A stretch of DNA of 64,000 nucleotides, from NCBI GenBank assembly GCA_965203275.1, contig OZ241865.1, positions 1,824,001-1,888,000 of the forward strand. Direction: 5' to 3'. The position numbers were made by a program, and so were the translations under genes. This document shows, in pieces, positions 1-13,200 of this stretch (the first letter of the stretch is position 1; every line of letters starts with the position of its first letter). The notes under the pieces are model-generated. The model saw only the letters and a list, made by a program, of their open reading frames with translations, was not told the origin of the DNA and did not search any database. This DNA comes from Bdellovibrionales bacterium (GTDB lineage Bacteria; Bdellovibrionota; Bdellovibrionia; Bdellovibrionales; JAUICD01).

Positions 1-538
1 CTGTCCCTGCACCTGCTACAATCATATCTACTGAATGTAATTCTTGTAAAATTTCTATGGCTGTGCCTTCATAATGGGCTTTGGGATTTTCTGGATTAGA
101 GTATTGATCTAAGATAAAAGCATTTGGAATTTCTTTTTCAAGCTTTTTAGCTACAGAAATATGACTTTCAGGATCATCAAAAGCAGCTTCTGTAGGTGTA
201 AGAATGATCTCTGCCCCTAGGGCTTCTAAAATGACTTGCTTTTCATGGCTCATTTTTTGAGGCATAGTGACAATGACATGATAGCCCTTGAGAATGCCTA
301 CAAGGGCTAAACCTAAACCAGTATTACCACTAGTAGGCTCTATAAGAGTCGTTTTACCTGGGGTAATTTTGCATTCTTTTTCAGCTTGTTGGATCATAGA
401 AAGAGCAATACGATCTTTAATAGAACCACCTGGATTCATAAACTCACATTTAGCATATACATTGCACTCAAGATGAGCTGTGATTTTATGTAACTTCACA
501 AGTGGTGTACAACCTATAGCATCTAAGATAGTTTTCAT
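1..538 (-). CDS. Cystathionine beta-synthase / cysteine synthase family PLP enzyme (3' end runs off the window)
   Basis: Manual translation from ATG at 538: [16 protein letters not shown]...[14 protein letters not shown]...EPTSGNTG...[17 protein letters not shown]...[15 protein letters not shown]; these are CBS-type motifs. Confidence 0.9.
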   Translation of the reverse strand, partial: MKTILDAIGCTPLVKLHKITAHLECNVYAKCEFMNPGGSIKDRIALSMIQQAEKECKITPGKTTLIEPTSGNTGLGLALVGILKGYHVIVTMPQKMSHEKQVILEALGAEIILTPTEAAFDDPESHISVAKKLEKEIPNAFILDQYSNPENPKAHYEGTAIEILQELHSVDMIVAGAGT

Positions 539-732
539 CTCTTTTCCCTTTTTTATTGTTTTTTAAAAACTCAAGTTATATTGATTATAAAAAAGCTGTC
601 AATATATTTTTTAAAAGAAGATTTATTTTAGGTGAAATAAATGGTTAAATATGGACTTGAATAAGTGGCCCCATAAAACCCATAAAAGTCTAAATACACA
701 GCAATCACTTAAAAATAAAGTAAATATGTACT

Positions 733-2148
733 ATGGAACTAGCTAGCTTTACTGTTTTTTTCTTAATAATGATAAGCCTCATAGGCTTTTTAGCTATACG
801 TAAATCCCAAAAAACCAAAACAGATTATTTTTTAGCAAATCAAAATATATCTCCTCTCATGTTAGCTTTATCTAGCAATGCTTCTAAATTTAGTGGTTTT
901 ATGTTTGCTGGCTTTATGGGAATGGCTTATTTGCATGGGACAAAAGCTCTTTGGTTTAGTTTAGGACTTTTTGTAGGTTCTCTCCTCTCAATGGCTTATA
1001 TTCTTTGGCACTTAGGACGTATGAATTCTAATGGGCAGGCTTTAAGCTTAGGGGAACTTATTGCAACTTCTTGGCATGGTAAAGATTATATTTTTTTAAA
1101 AAAAATGATTGGTTTATTGATCATTGTTTTTTTAAGTATTTATGGAGCTGCTCAGCTGAGAGCTGGTGGAAAAGTCCTAGAAGTAGCACTTCAACAGCCT
1201 ACTTATGTAGGTATTTTATTAAGTACACTTGTTATTTTATTTTATTGTTGGACAGGCGGTATACGAGCCTCTATTTGGACAGATGTTATTCAATTTATTG
1301 TAATGACTTTAAGTCTTCTGTTAATTTTAATCTTTGCTGTTATAAAAGCAGGTGGCTTTGAAAGGCTTTTTAATAGCTTTTTAGCTACAGGTACAGATGA
1401 GGTTATGTGGATCCCACAGACGCTTTCTGTAGGTGGCTATGAAGGTTGGTTATTGTTCTGTGTGGGTTCTATTGGCTTTGGCCTGTCTGCTATAGGTCAA
1501 CCTCATGTTTTAGTAAGAGGTATGATTTGTAAATATCATCACTTGAAAGCATTTATTATTTTAAACTATTTATTTGAAGGGTTGTTTTTACTGCTTTGTC
1601 TTTGTGTGGGATTAAGTACTAGAGTGATCTTAAAAAATATGGATATACCTGATCAAGAATTAGCCCTCTTTTTATCTGCTCAAGAACTATTACCTCCAAT
1701 AGCTGTAGGTGTTATTTTAGCTGGCATTTTGTCTGCTACTTTATCCACAGCAGACTCTCAAATTTTATGTTGCTCAGCAGCCTTGATGCGTGATCTATCT
1801 CAGAAGCCTTACCATTCTCTTAGGTATGCTAAGATGGGAACCATAAGTTTTGCCTTATTAGCTACTTTGATTGCACTCTTTGCTCCAGGCAATGTATTTT
1901 CTCTAGTCACTTTTGCTTATGCTGGACTAGGGGCTTCTATTGGTAGCATTTTAGTTTTACGCTTTTTAAATGCAAATATTTCTCAACAGGGTGTTATTCT
2001 TGTAGCTTTCGTGGGTGGTATGACAACAGTTTTATGGTCTTATTTAGGATTTGATCAGTATCTTTATGCAGGTATCCCTGGTTTTATTGTGGCTTTTTTA
2101 ACCTACCGTGTTTTGATGTCTTTTTTTCACCGTCAATTTTTTTCTTGA
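733..2148 (+). CDS. Sodium:solute symporter (PutP-like)
   Basis: Many TM helices; DYFLA, GGIRASIWTD, GQPH and STADSQ motifs. Confidence 0.9.
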   Translation: MELASFTVFFLIMISLIGFLAIRKSQKTKTDYFLANQNISPLMLALSSNASKFSGFMFAGFMGMAYLHGTKALWFSLGLFVGSLLSMAYILWHLGRMNSNGQALSLGELIATSWHGKDYIFLKKMIGLLIIVFLSIYGAAQLRAGGKVLEVALQQPTYVGILLSTLVILFYCWTGGIRASIWTDVIQFIVMTLSLLLILIFAVIKAGGFERLFNSFLATGTDEVMWIPQTLSVGGYEGWLLFCVGSIGFGLSAIGQPHVLVRGMICKYHHLKAFIILNYLFEGLFLLLCLCVGLSTRVILKNMDIPDQELALFLSAQELLPPIAVGVILAGILSATLSTADSQILCCSAALMRDLSQKPYHSLRYAKMGTISFALLATLIALFAPGNVFSLVTFAYAGLGASIGSILVLRFLNANISQQGVILVAFVGGMTTVLWSYLGFDQYLYAGIPGFIVAFLTYRVLMSFFHRQFFS

Positions 2149-2219
2149 TATAAGTTATTTTCTTTTGTAGTATTTTGTAGCATGAGTTTTTAATCTTCGT
2201 AAAAATAAAAGAGGTCAAA

Positions 2220-3365
2220 ATGAATATACACGAATACCAAGCCAAGCAACTTTTAAAAAAATTTAACATCCCTTTACTTCAAGGAGGAGTTGCTCATAAC
2301 CCTTATGAGGCTCGTCAAGCAGCCCAAATAATTGGTGGAAAACATTGGATCGTTAAGGCTCAAATCCACGCAGGGGGGAGAGGCAAAGGAGGCGGTGTCA
2401 AAGTAGCTCATAGTTTAGATGAGGTAGAAAATCTCTCAAAGCAAATAATAGGTATGAACCTCGTCACACCTCAAACTGGCCCACAAGGTAAAATTGTCCA
2501 AAAAGTCTACATAGAAGCTAGTTGTCAAATTCAAAAAGAATACTACTTAAGTATGGTGATCAACCATAGCAAAAATAAAATTAATGTAATAGCTAGCCGT
2601 CATGGGGGTGTAGATATTGAACAAGTGGCTGCTCAAATGCCCGATCAAATATACAATGTTTACATAAATAAATGTTTTGGTTTAATGCCTTTTCAAGCAA
2701 GACAACTCGCTTTTAAATTGGGCCTGCCTACTCAACAGTTTACAAAATTACTACTGAATCTTTATGATGCCTTTATTCGTCTTGATACTTCACTTTTAGA
2801 ACTCAACCCTTTTGTGACCACTGCTGACCAGCAGATCATTGCTTTAGATGCTAAAATGAGCTTTGATGACAATGCCCTACATCCTGATATTGTCCAGCTA
2901 AGAGATATCACTGAAGAAGACCCTGCTGAGCTAGAAGCTAGTAAATACAATTTAGCTTTTATAAAATTAGATGGTCAAATTGGTTGCCTTGTCAATGGAG
3001 CAGGTTTAGCTATGGCCACTATGGATATTATTAAACTGCATGGTGGAGAGCCTGCTAACTTTTTAGATGTAGGAGGGACAGCCAGTAAGGAAAATGTCAC
3101 TCAAGCTTTTAAAATTATTTTAAAAGACAAACGGGTTAAAGGTATTTTGGTAAATATTTTTGGTGGAATTATGAAATGCAATATTATTGCAGAAGGTATT
3201 ATTGCAGCTACTGAGGAGTTAAAGCTTCATGTACCACTCGTGGTCAGGTTAGAAGGCACAAATGTAGAACAAGGTAAAAAGTTACTTGAGTCAAGTAGCC
3301 TTAATATTATTGCAGCCGATGATCTTGCTGATGCTGCAAATAAAATCACCACTGCTGTCGCATAG
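2220..3365 (+). CDS. sucC: Succinyl-CoA synthetase beta subunit
   Basis: MNIHEYQAK, KAQIHAGGRGKGGG, NGAGLAMATMD, NIFGGI. Confidence 0.98.
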   Translation: MNIHEYQAKQLLKKFNIPLLQGGVAHNPYEARQAAQIIGGKHWIVKAQIHAGGRGKGGGVKVAHSLDEVENLSKQIIGMNLVTPQTGPQGKIVQKVYIEASCQIQKEYYLSMVINHSKNKINVIASRHGGVDIEQVAAQMPDQIYNVYINKCFGLMPFQARQLAFKLGLPTQQFTKLLLNLYDAFIRLDTSLLELNPFVTTADQQIIALDAKMSFDDNALHPDIVQLRDITEEDPAELEASKYNLAFIKLDGQIGCLVNGAGLAMATMDIIKLHGGEPANFLDVGGTASKENVTQAFKIILKDKRVKGILVNIFGGIMKCNIIAEGIIAATEELKLHVPLVVRLEGTNVEQGKKLLESSSLNIIAADDLADAANKITTAVA

Positions 3366-3397
3366 TCATTTTACTTGCTGTTGTTTTCCTTTGTTTT

Positions 3398-3692
3398 CCT
3401 CAAAGTGAACAGACCTTGGTCACTTTTAGTGAAACAAATCAAATGAAAGAAAAGCCCTCGTGGTGATGAGGGCTTTTTAATTTATAAAAGAAGAAGAAAA
3501 TTATGAAAATGGTTTTTTGTTTGAGTGTGGTTGTTGATAGAAGAACTTTTTCCTTAACATCGTGTTAAAAAACAAGGAGATCCTTCCTACTAAAAGTAAA
3601 CGGACTTTTGAGGCATTGCTCTTTTTAGACAGCGATAGCTGTCAGAGCAATGCCCAAAAGCAACCAGAGGTTGGTTTACTTTTAGTGAAACA
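3398..3692 (+). repeat. Structured repeat family A: degenerate fragment (~3398-3437) and full copy (~3545-3692)
   Basis: tttccttaacatcgtgttaa...gatcc...actaaaagtaaac...gtttacttttagtgaaaca with nested inverted stems. Confidence 0.9.
3448..3478. terminator. Probable bidirectional intrinsic terminator
   Basis: aaaagccctc-gtggtgat-gagggctttt hairpin with A and T tails, between convergent genes. Confidence 0.65.
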
Positions 3693-3694
3693 TG

Positions 3695-4438
3695 CTAGCC
3701 AAAGAACCAACCAACACCTAATGTTACATATAAACCATTGAACTTAAGCTTTTTAGTTTTGAAATCTTCACCTTCACCTGAATCTTCGGCAGGTACAAAC
3801 ACTTCTTCTGCACATTGGGTTTCCTCTGTCCAATTAGAGGTAGTACATTTTAAATCACCAAATGAAAGTAGATCATAACCTGCTTCGACTTTAGCTAAAA
3901 GATTTTGATTGATCTTATAACCTAGCTCTAAACCTGCCTGACCGCCAATGGACTGCCATAAAAATTGACTGCTTTTTAATTTAGTAGTATTATTATCCTG
4001 AGAAAAATTCAAAGACTTCCAAATATCCAAACCTAAGGCAACCCCTACAAAAAACTGATCCAAATGAAATCTATAATTAAGTAAAAGGGCCACCCGATGA
4101 TGAGTGAATTTATATTTATCCGTAACAGTTTCGATTTCAGTTACATAGTCTTTTTCACCTGTAAAGGCCAAACGATAGCGAACACCTAAACCTAAACTAG
4201 CTGCATCCATCATTTGACGATACAGAACATCTGCCCCTAAATGAAAAGGACGATTTTTTTGGTCGCGCCAAGTAGTAGGTTGAGTGACATCTTGAAGGTT
4301 CAATTCCTGCCCAAAATTCATACCAAAATGAGCAGAAATCTCAGCATTCCCTAAAGCCGTATCAGCTAAGCTAAAACTGCCCAGAAAAACAGCTACGTAC
4401 ATTAAACTTTTTATTTGTTTTAAATTGAGACTTAACAT
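3695..4438 (-). CDS. Putative outer-membrane beta-barrel protein
   Basis: Signal peptide, alternating amphipathic strands, C-terminal YVTLGVGWFFG. Confidence 0.7.
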   Translation of the reverse strand: MLSLNLKQIKSLMYVAVFLGSFSLADTALGNAEISAHFGMNFGQELNLQDVTQPTTWRDQKNRPFHLGADVLYRQMMDAASLGLGVRYRLAFTGEKDYVTEIETVTDKYKFTHHRVALLLNYRFHLDQFFVGVALGLDIWKSLNFSQDNNTTKLKSSQFLWQSIGGQAGLELGYKINQNLLAKVEAGYDLLSFGDLKCTTSNWTEETQCAEEVFVPAEDSGEGEDFKTKKLKFNGLYVTLGVGWFFG

Positions 4439-5053
4439 AATAAGTACCCCCTTATTTGTTGATAGTGTTAAAACTTTGTCTTTAATCCAAAGTCAAAAAA
4501 GTCAAAATATCAAAATATAATAATGAATAATGTTTAAATAAATAAGTAAGTTTTTACCTCAAGTAAACACTTAAAATAAATTCTAACGCAAAAAAATTAA
4601 AAAAACAGTCTTAAAATAAAAAACATGCAAATAATTGTCAATAAAATTTATATTTTTGTTTGTTTTGCCTATTTTTTTCTCAAATTTTCTCAATTTCCTC
4701 AAAAATTCCCAAAATTTATGAAAAATCATTCCATTTTGAGACAATAAACTCAACCTTCGTTTACCCCGAATAAACAAATAATTCAAACCTTAAAAACAAA
4801 GGGTTAAAATACTGGACTACAGGCTATATTTGACATGGTGCATTATAAAATAACAAAAAGGCTTGCCTTTTTGTTATTTTTTTAGCTTTTAATGGTAAAT
4901 ATTTGTAAAATAAGGTTTATTTCTATAACTAACTAGTTTAGTATAAACAAAATAATAAAACATGCATGAATAAATAAAATTTAACTTTAGTCATTAATAA
5001 TAATTAAATAAAATTAAACCCAATTAAAACCCAATTCCTAAACGGAGGGAAAC

Positions 5054-5581
5054 TTGAACAGATCCCAAAAAGATCAAGAGATAGCTTTTTTATCTGATCA
5101 ACTTTCTCTTGCTAAAGCTGTATTTGTCATTTGTTTTAAAGGGATGAACGTAGCACAGGTGACCTCTCTTAGAAAGAAATTACATCCTCTCAATGCTAAA
5201 ATGAAAGTTGTAAGAAACACCTTAGCTCGCCTGGCATCTGAAAAGCTCCCTGAAAAAATATCACAGGATTTCAAACAGCAGTTTAAAAATGATAATGCTT
5301 TGGTCTTTGCTCATGGTGAGGTAGGACCTCTTGCAAAACTTTTAAAAAACTTAAGCGAAGATATTCAGTTTTTAGAATTTAAAGCAGGAGTGCTAGAAAA
5401 CAAATTACTAGATCACTCTAAAATACTTTATTTAGCTAATTTGCCTAACAAGCCAGAGCTTCAAGCAAAATTGTTAGGGGTTTTACAAGCTCCTGCCAGT
5501 AAGTTTGTCAGGCAATTGGTATCGCCTATGTCTCAAATATTGCAAGTGATGACAGAATATAATAAAAAAGCTAAAAATTAA
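5054..5581 (+). CDS. rplJ: 50S ribosomal protein L10
   Basis: KVVRNTLARLA, LANLP motifs; TTG start after GGAGG; upstream of rplL. Confidence 0.95.
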   Translation: MNRSQKDQEIAFLSDQLSLAKAVFVICFKGMNVAQVTSLRKKLHPLNAKMKVVRNTLARLASEKLPEKISQDFKQQFKNDNALVFAHGEVGPLAKLLKNLSEDIQFLEFKAGVLENKLLDHSKILYLANLPNKPELQAKLLGVLQAPASKFVRQLVSPMSQILQVMTEYNKKAKN

Positions 5582-5617
5582 AATAAGTAATTTCTAACCC
5601 TTAAGGAGGATTAATCC

Positions 5618-5995
5618 ATGTCTTTAGATAGAGAACAAGTGGTTGAATATTTATCTCAGCTTCCTGTTATTGAGTTAGCTGAGCTGGTTAAAACCTTAGA
5701 AGATAAATGGGGAGTTAGTGCTGCTACTGTTGCTGCTCCTGCTCCTGTAGCGGATGGCAAAGCATCTGCAAAAGAGGAAGAAAAAACAGAATTTGATGTG
5801 GTTTTAACATCGGCTGGTAATACAAAAATTGCAGTGATCAAAGAGGTCAGAACGCTCACAGGGTTGGGTTTGAAAGAAGCCAAAACTCTTGTAGAATCTG
5901 CTCCTAAGCCGGTGAAGCAAGGTGTTAATAAAGAAGAAGCAAATAAAATAAAAGAAGCTTTAGAAAAAGCCGGAGCATCTGTTGAGCTAAAGTAG
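5618..5995 (+). CDS. rplL: 50S ribosomal protein L7/L12
   Basis: [25 protein letters not shown]. Confidence 0.98.
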   Translation: MSLDREQVVEYLSQLPVIELAELVKTLEDKWGVSAATVAAPAPVADGKASAKEEEKTEFDVVLTSAGNTKIAVIKEVRTLTGLGLKEAKTLVESAPKPVKQGVNKEEANKIKEALEKAGASVELK

Positions 5996-6108
5996 CCTCT
6001 GGTACTATTTGATATTTTTAATCGAATATTAACTTTTTGAACTTTTAAAAGGTTCTAGGTTAAATTTTTTGTAAATTTAAAAAAAACACTCTAAAAGAGG
6101 TATCAAAG

Positions 6109-9100
6109 ATGGCTACACAGATCACAGCATCTCATTTACGTTTAAGACGATCGTATGGAAAAGCTAAAAAGTCTATTGAAACTCCTAATCTCATTGAGCT
6201 TCAAAGAAGTTCTTATGAGGAGTTTCTTCAAAAAGATGTAGATAGCGATAGAAGAACAGACTTAGGACTCAATGGTGTATTTAAGTCTGTCTTCCCTATA
6301 ACAAATTTCAACCAAACATGCAGTCTTGAATTTGTCAGTTATACTCTTGAACCTTCAAAGTATGACGTAGATGAATGCCGTCAAAGAGGTATGACTTATG
6401 CTGCTCCTATCAAAGTGACTTTGAGGTTGGTTGTCTTTGAAACCGACGCTCAATCAGAAATTAAATCCATTCGTGATGTCAAAGAGCAAGAGATCTACTT
6501 AGGTGAAATTCCTTTAATGACTGTGGATGGTTCTTTTGTCATTAATGGTACAGAGCGGGTGGTGGTATCCCAGTTGCATCGGTCTCCTGGTGTCTTTTTT
6601 GATCATGATCAAGGCAAAAATGCATCAAGTGGTAAGTTACTTTATAATGCAAGGGTTATCCCTTACAGAGGTTCTTGGTTAGATGTAGATTTTGATCAAA
6701 AAGATTTATTGTATGTACGTATTGATAGAGGTCGAAAGTTTCCTGCTACTATTTTTCTTAAAGCATTAGGTTACAGTACAGAAGAACTTTTAGAAGAGTT
6801 TTATCATTTAGATACTGTCACGTTAGAAAAATCAGGCAAAATGACGCGTACATTAGAGATTGAAAGAATGATCGGCCAGAGATCTATCACTGACATTACA
6901 GATCCTAAAACAGGCCGGACTTTAGTGAAACAAGGGCGTAGAATCTCTAAGGCTATTGCAAAAAATATCCAAAAGTTAAAACTCAAAGCTTGTGTTATTC
7001 ATCCAGAAGATCTTGTGGGTAAAATTATTGCCAAACCAGTGGTCAACAAGACAACCGGTGAGGTTTTAGCAGAAGCTAACTTAGAAATCACAAATAATAT
7101 GATCAGTCAGTTTCAGAAAGCTAAAATCAAAGATTTTCAAGTGATATTTTTTGATGGTTTAGCTGTTGGGCCTTACTTAAGAAATACTCTTTTGATTGAT
7201 AAGGTATCTACAAGAGAAGAAGCCTTACTTGATATTTACAAAAGGATGAGACCAAGTGAGCCTCCTATTTTAGAAGCTGCTGAAGCTTATTTAAATAAGC
7301 TATTTTTTGAATCAGAAACTTATGATTTATCTGAAGTAGGTCGTTTGAAAATCAATTATAAATTTGGTTTTAGTTTTGATGATGTGCCTTTAGACCATAA
7401 AACTTTAAATAAACAAGATGTGATCCATATTATAAAGACTCTCATTGATCTTAAAAATGGACGTGGTCATATTGATGATATTGATCATTTAGGCAATCGA
7501 AGGATTCGCTCTGTAGGTGAACTGTTGGAAAATCAATACCGGATTGGCTTAGTACGTATGGAGAGGGCCATCAAAGAGCGTATGAGTATCCAAGATATTG
7601 AAACCATGATGCCACATGATCTCATTAATGCTAAACCTGTCAATGCTATGGTCAAAGAGTTTTTTGGTTCTTCACAGCTTTCACAGTTTATGGATCAAAC
7701 AAATCCTCTTTCTGAAATTACGCATAAACGTAGACTTTCAGCTTTAGGTCCAGGTGGTTTGACCAGAGACCGTGCTGGATTTGAGGTTCGTGATGTACAT
7801 CCTACACACTACGGACGCATTTGTCCTATTGAAACACCAGAAGGTCCTAATATTGGCTTGATTGCTTCGCTTGCAAGTTTTGCCCGCATTAACAAGTATG
7901 GCTTTATTGAAACACCTTATCACACAGTTCAAAATGGGAAGATTAACTCTGATGTGAACTACCTTTCAGCCTTAGAAGAAAAAGGACACTGTATTGCCCA
8001 AGCTCAACCTCAAGCTCAGTTAGAGCCAGATAAACAAGGTCATGTCAATGTTCGTTATAATGGTGAATATAAAACTGTAGAGAAAGACAAAGTTTCATTA
8101 GTAGATGTCTCTTCTAATCAGTTGGTTTCTATTGCTGCCTCTTTGATTCCATTTTTAGAGCATGATGATGCCAATAGAGCCTTGATGGGTTCAAATATGC
8201 AACGTCAAGCAGTACCACTCCTCCGTACAGAAGCACCCTTAGTGGGTACAGGGATGGAAAGTGTTGTAGCCAAAGACTCAGGAACATCTGTGAGTTGCAA
8301 AAATGATGGTATTGTGGAAGAAGTGGATGCTGCACGTATCGTGGTCAGAAAACTAGCTAAAACAGGTAGTTTAGGGGCTAATGTAGATATCTATAACTTA
8401 ATGAAATATCAACGTACAAATCAAAACACTTGTTTTAATCAAAGGCCTATTGTGAAGCATGGTGATAAAGTTAAGAGAGGAGACGTGATTGCAGATGGTC
8501 CTTCCACAGAACTAGGGGAATTAGCTTTGGGCCGTAATATCTTTATTGCATTTGCACCTTGGCAAGGTTTTAATTTTGAAGATTCTATTTTGATTTCTGA
8601 ACATCTTGTCAAAGAGGATACTTTTACTTCTATTCATATAGAAGAGTTTGAGTGTATTGCTAGGGATACCAAACTAGGGAAAGAAGAGATTACCCGTGAT
8701 ATTGCCAATGTGGGCGAGGAGGCTATGAAAGACCTCGACATGAGTGGCATTATCCGTATCGGTGCAGAAGTTAGACCAGGGGATATTCTTGTAGGTAAAG
8801 TGACTCCTAAAGGGGAAACCCAATTATCACCAGAGGAAAAGCTTTTAAGAGCTATCTTTGGTGAAAAAGCAGGAGATGTAAAAGATACATCATTGCGAGT
8901 GCCTTCAGGGGTGGTTGGTACAATCATTGATGCACAAGTTTATAGCCGTGAATTTAATGATAAAGACACTAGATTGCAATATATCATTGAAGGGAAAACA
9001 GCTAAACTACAAAAAGATTTAGAAATTGAACAAAATGTGATTAAAAATAATACCATTGATCAACTTAAGAAAATTCTTGTCGGGAAAAAAACAACTGATA

Positions 9101-10275
9101 TTTTGTTAAATGAAGATGGTTCTCAAGAGCTTTTATCACGTGGTCAAGTGATTAAAGAAAAAGACCTTGAAACAATACCTTTCAAACTACTTAGTTATAT
9201 TCCTTTAGCACCTGAATTAGAAGAGCCAGTATTTCGAGTGACAGATAGAGGACGTCGGCAATTAGAAGCTATTAAGATGGTTTTTGACGAAAAAATTGAT
9301 CGCTTGCACAAGGGAGATGAATTGCCTCCTGGCATTATCAAGACTGTGAAAGTTTATGTAGCCATTAAAAGAAAGCTTCAGGTAGGGGATAAATTTGCAG
9401 GCCGGCATGGAAATAAGGGAGTGATCTCTCGTATTTTACCAGAAGAAGATATGCCCTATATGGCAGATGGAACACCTGTAGATATGGTATTGAATCCTTT
9501 AGGTGTACCTTCTCGTATGAATATTGGTCAAATTTTAGAAACACACCTAGGGTGGGCAGCCAAGGACTTAGGTCATAAATTAGAAAAAGTTGTGCAAGAT
9601 TATCAAGAAAGTATCGCTCGATCTACCTTGCTAGAAATATTTAAAGGGCAGAAAGATTTAGAGAAAAAAATTAAAAACGCAGATAGTGAATCTTTAAAAA
9701 ATATATTAAGTTACATGAAAAAAGGTATTCATGTTGCAACCCCTGTATTTGATGGAGCAGAAGAAAAAGAAATCAAACAATTACTTAAACAAGCTATGCT
9801 ACCTACAAGGGGTCAGACTGTATTATTTGATGGACGGACAGGTGAACCTTTTGAAAATCCAGTCACAGTGGGAGTGATGTATATGTTAAAACTGCACCAC
9901 TTAGCAGATGAAAAAATCCATGCTCGCTCTATAGGTCCTTATTCTTTAGTCAGTCAGCAACCCTTAGGAGGGAAGGCTCAGTTTGGAGGTCAAAGATTAG
10001 GTGAAATGGAAGTTTGGGCTATAGAAGCTTATGGTGCAGCTTACTTATTGCAAGAATTTTTAACTGTTAAATCAGACGACGTAGCTGGACGAACTAGAAT
10101 GTATGAAAGTTTAGTAAAGGGGGATAATGTGTTGGAGCCAGGACTTCCTGAATCTTTCAACGTTCTTGTTAAAGAACTTCAAAGCTTAGCATTAAACGTA
10201 GAACTCATGGAATCTGACTATTTAACAGATAAGCCCAAGTCAAATGTCAATAAAAATAAAAAGATGTTGCAATAG
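6109..10275 (+). CDS. rpoB: RNA polymerase beta subunit
   Basis: [41 protein letters not shown]. Confidence 0.99.
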   Translation: MATQITASHLRLRRSYGKAKKSIETPNLIELQRSSYEEFLQKDVDSDRRTDLGLNGVFKSVFPITNFNQTCSLEFVSYTLEPSKYDVDECRQRGMTYAAPIKVTLRLVVFETDAQSEIKSIRDVKEQEIYLGEIPLMTVDGSFVINGTERVVVSQLHRSPGVFFDHDQGKNASSGKLLYNARVIPYRGSWLDVDFDQKDLLYVRIDRGRKFPATIFLKALGYSTEELLEEFYHLDTVTLEKSGKMTRTLEIERMIGQRSITDITDPKTGRTLVKQGRRISKAIAKNIQKLKLKACVIHPEDLVGKIIAKPVVNKTTGEVLAEANLEITNNMISQFQKAKIKDFQVIFFDGLAVGPYLRNTLLIDKVSTREEALLDIYKRMRPSEPPILEAAEAYLNKLFFESETYDLSEVGRLKINYKFGFSFDDVPLDHKTLNKQDVIHIIKTLIDLKNGRGHIDDIDHLGNRRIRSVGELLENQYRIGLVRMERAIKERMSIQDIETMMPHDLINAKPVNAMVKEFFGSSQLSQFMDQTNPLSEITHKRRLSALGPGGLTRDRAGFEVRDVHPTHYGRICPIETPEGPNIGLIASLASFARINKYGFIETPYHTVQNGKINSDVNYLSALEEKGHCIAQAQPQAQLEPDKQGHVNVRYNGEYKTVEKDKVSLVDVSSNQLVSIAASLIPFLEHDDANRALMGSNMQRQAVPLLRTEAPLVGTGMESVVAKDSGTSVSCKNDGIVEEVDAARIVVRKLAKTGSLGANVDIYNLMKYQRTNQNTCFNQRPIVKHGDKVKRGDVIADGPSTELGELALGRNIFIAFAPWQGFNFEDSILISEHLVKEDTFTSIHIEEFECIARDTKLGKEEITRDIANVGEEAMKDLDMSGIIRIGAEVRPGDILVGKVTPKGETQLSPEEKLLRAIFGEKAGDVKDTSLRVPSGVVGTIIDAQVYSREFNDKDTRLQYIIEGKTAKLQKDLEIEQNVIKNNTIDQLKKILVGKKTTDILLNEDGSQELLSRGQVIKEKDLETIPFKLLSYIPLAPELEEPVFRVTDRGRRQLEAIKMVFDEKIDRLHKGDELPPGIIKTVKVYVAIKRKLQVGDKFAGRHGNKGVISRILPEEDMPYMADGTPVDMVLNPLGVPSRMNIGQILETHLGWAAKDLGHKLEKVVQDYQESIARSTLLEIFKGQKDLEKKIKNADSESLKNILSYMKKGIHVATPVFDGAEEKEIKQLLKQAMLPTRGQTVLFDGRTGEPFENPVTVGVMYMLKLHHLADEKIHARSIGPYSLVSQQPLGGKAQFGGQRLGEMEVWAIEAYGAAYLLQEFLTVKSDDVAGRTRMYESLVKGDNVLEPGLPESFNVLVKELQSLALNVELMESDYLTDKPKSNVNKNKKMLQ

Positions 10276-10287
10276 AAAGGAGAAAGC

Positions 10288-13200
10288 GTGAGAGATTTAT
10301 TGAACTTTTTTGATAAACCAAAAGATCCTTTAGCATTTAATGCGGTGAAGATTTCCATTGCATCTTCAGAAATGATTCGCAATTGGTCTTATGGAGAGGT
10401 TAAAAAACCTGAAACCATTAATTACAGAACCTTTAAGCCAGAAAGAGATGGGCTTTTTTGTGCTAAAATCTTTGGGCCAATTAAAGACTATGAATGTCTT
10501 TGTGGAAAATACAAAAGAATGAAATATAGAGGTGTGATCTGCGAAAAGTGTGGTGTGGAAGTTTCACAGAGTAAAGTGCGTCGAGAGCGTATGGGACATA
10601 TTGAATTGGCAACTCCTGTAGCTCATATTTGGTTTTTAAGATCTCTACCGAGTCGTATTGGCAATCTTTTAGATATGACCTTAAAAGATGTAGAGAGAGT
10701 ACTTTATTGTGAGGCTCATGTTGTTATAGATCCTTTAGAAACCTCTCTACAAGCTGGAGAAATTTTATCAGAAGAGCAGTATAAAAAGGCAATAGAAAAA
10801 TATGGTGGTGCTTTTAAAACATCAATGGGTGGTGCTGCTGTTCGAGAGCTTTTAAGGAGAATAGACATTAAAACCCTTTCACATCAACTAAGAGAAGAAA
10901 TCAAAAAAAGCAAATCAGAAGCCAATATTAAAAAATTAGTTAAAAGACTTAAGGTTGTGGATGCTTTTAAAGGTTCATCTAACAAGCCTGAGTGGATGAT
11001 GATGGATGTCGTTCCTGTTATCCCACCTGACTTGCGGCCATTGGTTCCTTTAGATGGAGGAAGATTTGCTACATCTGACTTAAATGATCTTTATCGTCGA
11101 GTCATTAATAGAAACAATCGGCTGCGAAGATTGCAAGAGTTATCTGCACCTGAGATTATTATCCGCAACGAAAAGAGAATGCTCCAAGAGGCTGTGGATG
11201 CTTTGTTTGATAATGGTCGTCGAGGCAAGGTCTTTACAGGGCAGAACAAACGTCCTTTGCGATCTTTAAGTGATATGCTCAAAGGGAAGCAAGGCCGTTT
11301 CCGTCAGAATCTTTTAGGTAAAAGGGTTGATTATTCTGGGCGATCTGTGATTGTGGTAGGTTCTCACCTCAAACTTCATCAATGCGGGCTACCTAAAAAA
11401 ATGGCATTGGAATTATTTAAGCCTTTCATTTACAACCGGTTAGAGGAAAAAGGCATTACTTCTACAATTAAACAGGCAAAAAAAATGGTGGAACAAGAGA
11501 AAAAACAAGTCTGGGATGTGTTAGCAGAAGTGGTGAAAGAACACCCTGTCTTACTTAATAGAGCCCCTACTTTACACAGGCTTGGTATTCAGGCTTTTGA
11601 ACCTGTCTTAAATGATACAAAAGCTATTCAATTGCATCCTTTAGTTTGTACTGCTTTCAATGCAGACTTTGATGGTGATCAAATGGCCGTCCATGTACCT
11701 TTATCTATTGAAGCTCAAGTAGAAGCCAGAGTGTTAATGATGTCTACAAACAATATTTTATCACCTGCAAATGGCCGTCCTATTATCAACCCTTCTCAAG
11801 ATGTGGTGTTGGGTTTGTATTGGATGACAAGGGAAAAGGTAGGAGCGAAAGGTTCAGGTCGTCTTTTTGGCAATAGAGAAGAGGTCATGTACGCTTACAC
11901 AGACAAACAGCTTGAGTTACAATCTGGAGTTAAAATTCGAATTGATGGGAAAATGTATAATACGACAGTTGGTCGGGTTATTTTATCAGATATTGTACCA
12001 AGAGAGATTCCTTTTGAGCTTGTTAATCAAGTGATGACCAAAAAACAAATTGCTAATCTTGTAGATGCTTGTTTTAGAGCCAATGGAGGTAAAGCCACTG
12101 TTCTGCTTGCAGACCGCTTAATGCAAACAGGATTTAAGTATTCAACCACCGCAGGAATTTCTATATGTTTAGATGATATGATCATACCAGGTGCAAAGTC
12201 TAAACTCATTGAAGATGCTAATGTTCAGATTCAAGAGATCCAAATGCAATATGATGAGGGGTTGATCACAGAAGGGGAACGTTATAACAAAGTGGTTGAC
12301 CTTTGGGCCCAAACTTCGGACATGGTCGCTAAAAAATTAATGCAAGAGATAGAAACAGAAGAATTTATTGTAGATGGTAAAAATGTCAGAAGTCCTAGTT
12401 TCAATAGTATATTTGTTATGGCAGATTCTGGTGCAAGAGGTTCTGCTGCACAGATTCGCCAGCTAGCAGGTATGAGAGGCTTGATGGCCAAACCTTCTGG
12501 TGAGATCATTGAATCTCCTATTACTGCTAACTTTAGAGAAGGGCTTTCTGTCTTGCAATATTTTATTTCCACACATGGTGCGAGAAAAGGTTTAGCTGAT
12601 ACAGCCTTGAAAACAGCTAACTCAGGATATTTGACTAGAAGACTTGTGGATGCAGCACAAGATTGTACTGTTTTAGAATGGGATTGCCAAACAAAAGATG
12701 GGATCACAGTGCGAGCTTTAACAGATGGAGGTGAAGTCATTGAGTCACTGGGTGAAAGGGTTTTAGGGCGTGTGGCTTTTGAAGACATTGTGGACCTCTA
12801 CTCTAATGAAGTCTTACTTCCTAAGAACCAAGAGATCACAGAAGACGTCGTAGCTAAAATGGATGAAAGAGGTATTGAGTCTGTTCAAATTCGCTCTGTA
12901 TTGACCTGTAGAACCAAGCGAGGTGTTTGTGTGATGTGTTATGGTAGAGATTTAGCACGTGGAAACTTAGTCAACTTAGGAGAAGCTGTAGGAATCATCT
13001 CTGCTCAATCTATTGGTGAGCCTGGCACACAGCTGACAATGCGGACATTCCATTTAGGGGGAACAGCTACTAGAACAGTCGAACAGTCTGTTTGTGAATC
13101 ACGTTATGATGGGAAGGCTCAATTTGAAGATGTCATTTATGTGGAAAATAGAGATAAAAAATTAACTGTAATGAATCGAAATGGTTATTTGATTGTCATA

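Noticed and set aside
5656..12788. Short antisense or alternate-frame ORFs within rplL, rpoB and rpoC (similarly in cbs, valS, rseP and others)
   Set aside because: They are shadows of conserved genes with no recognisable motifs.
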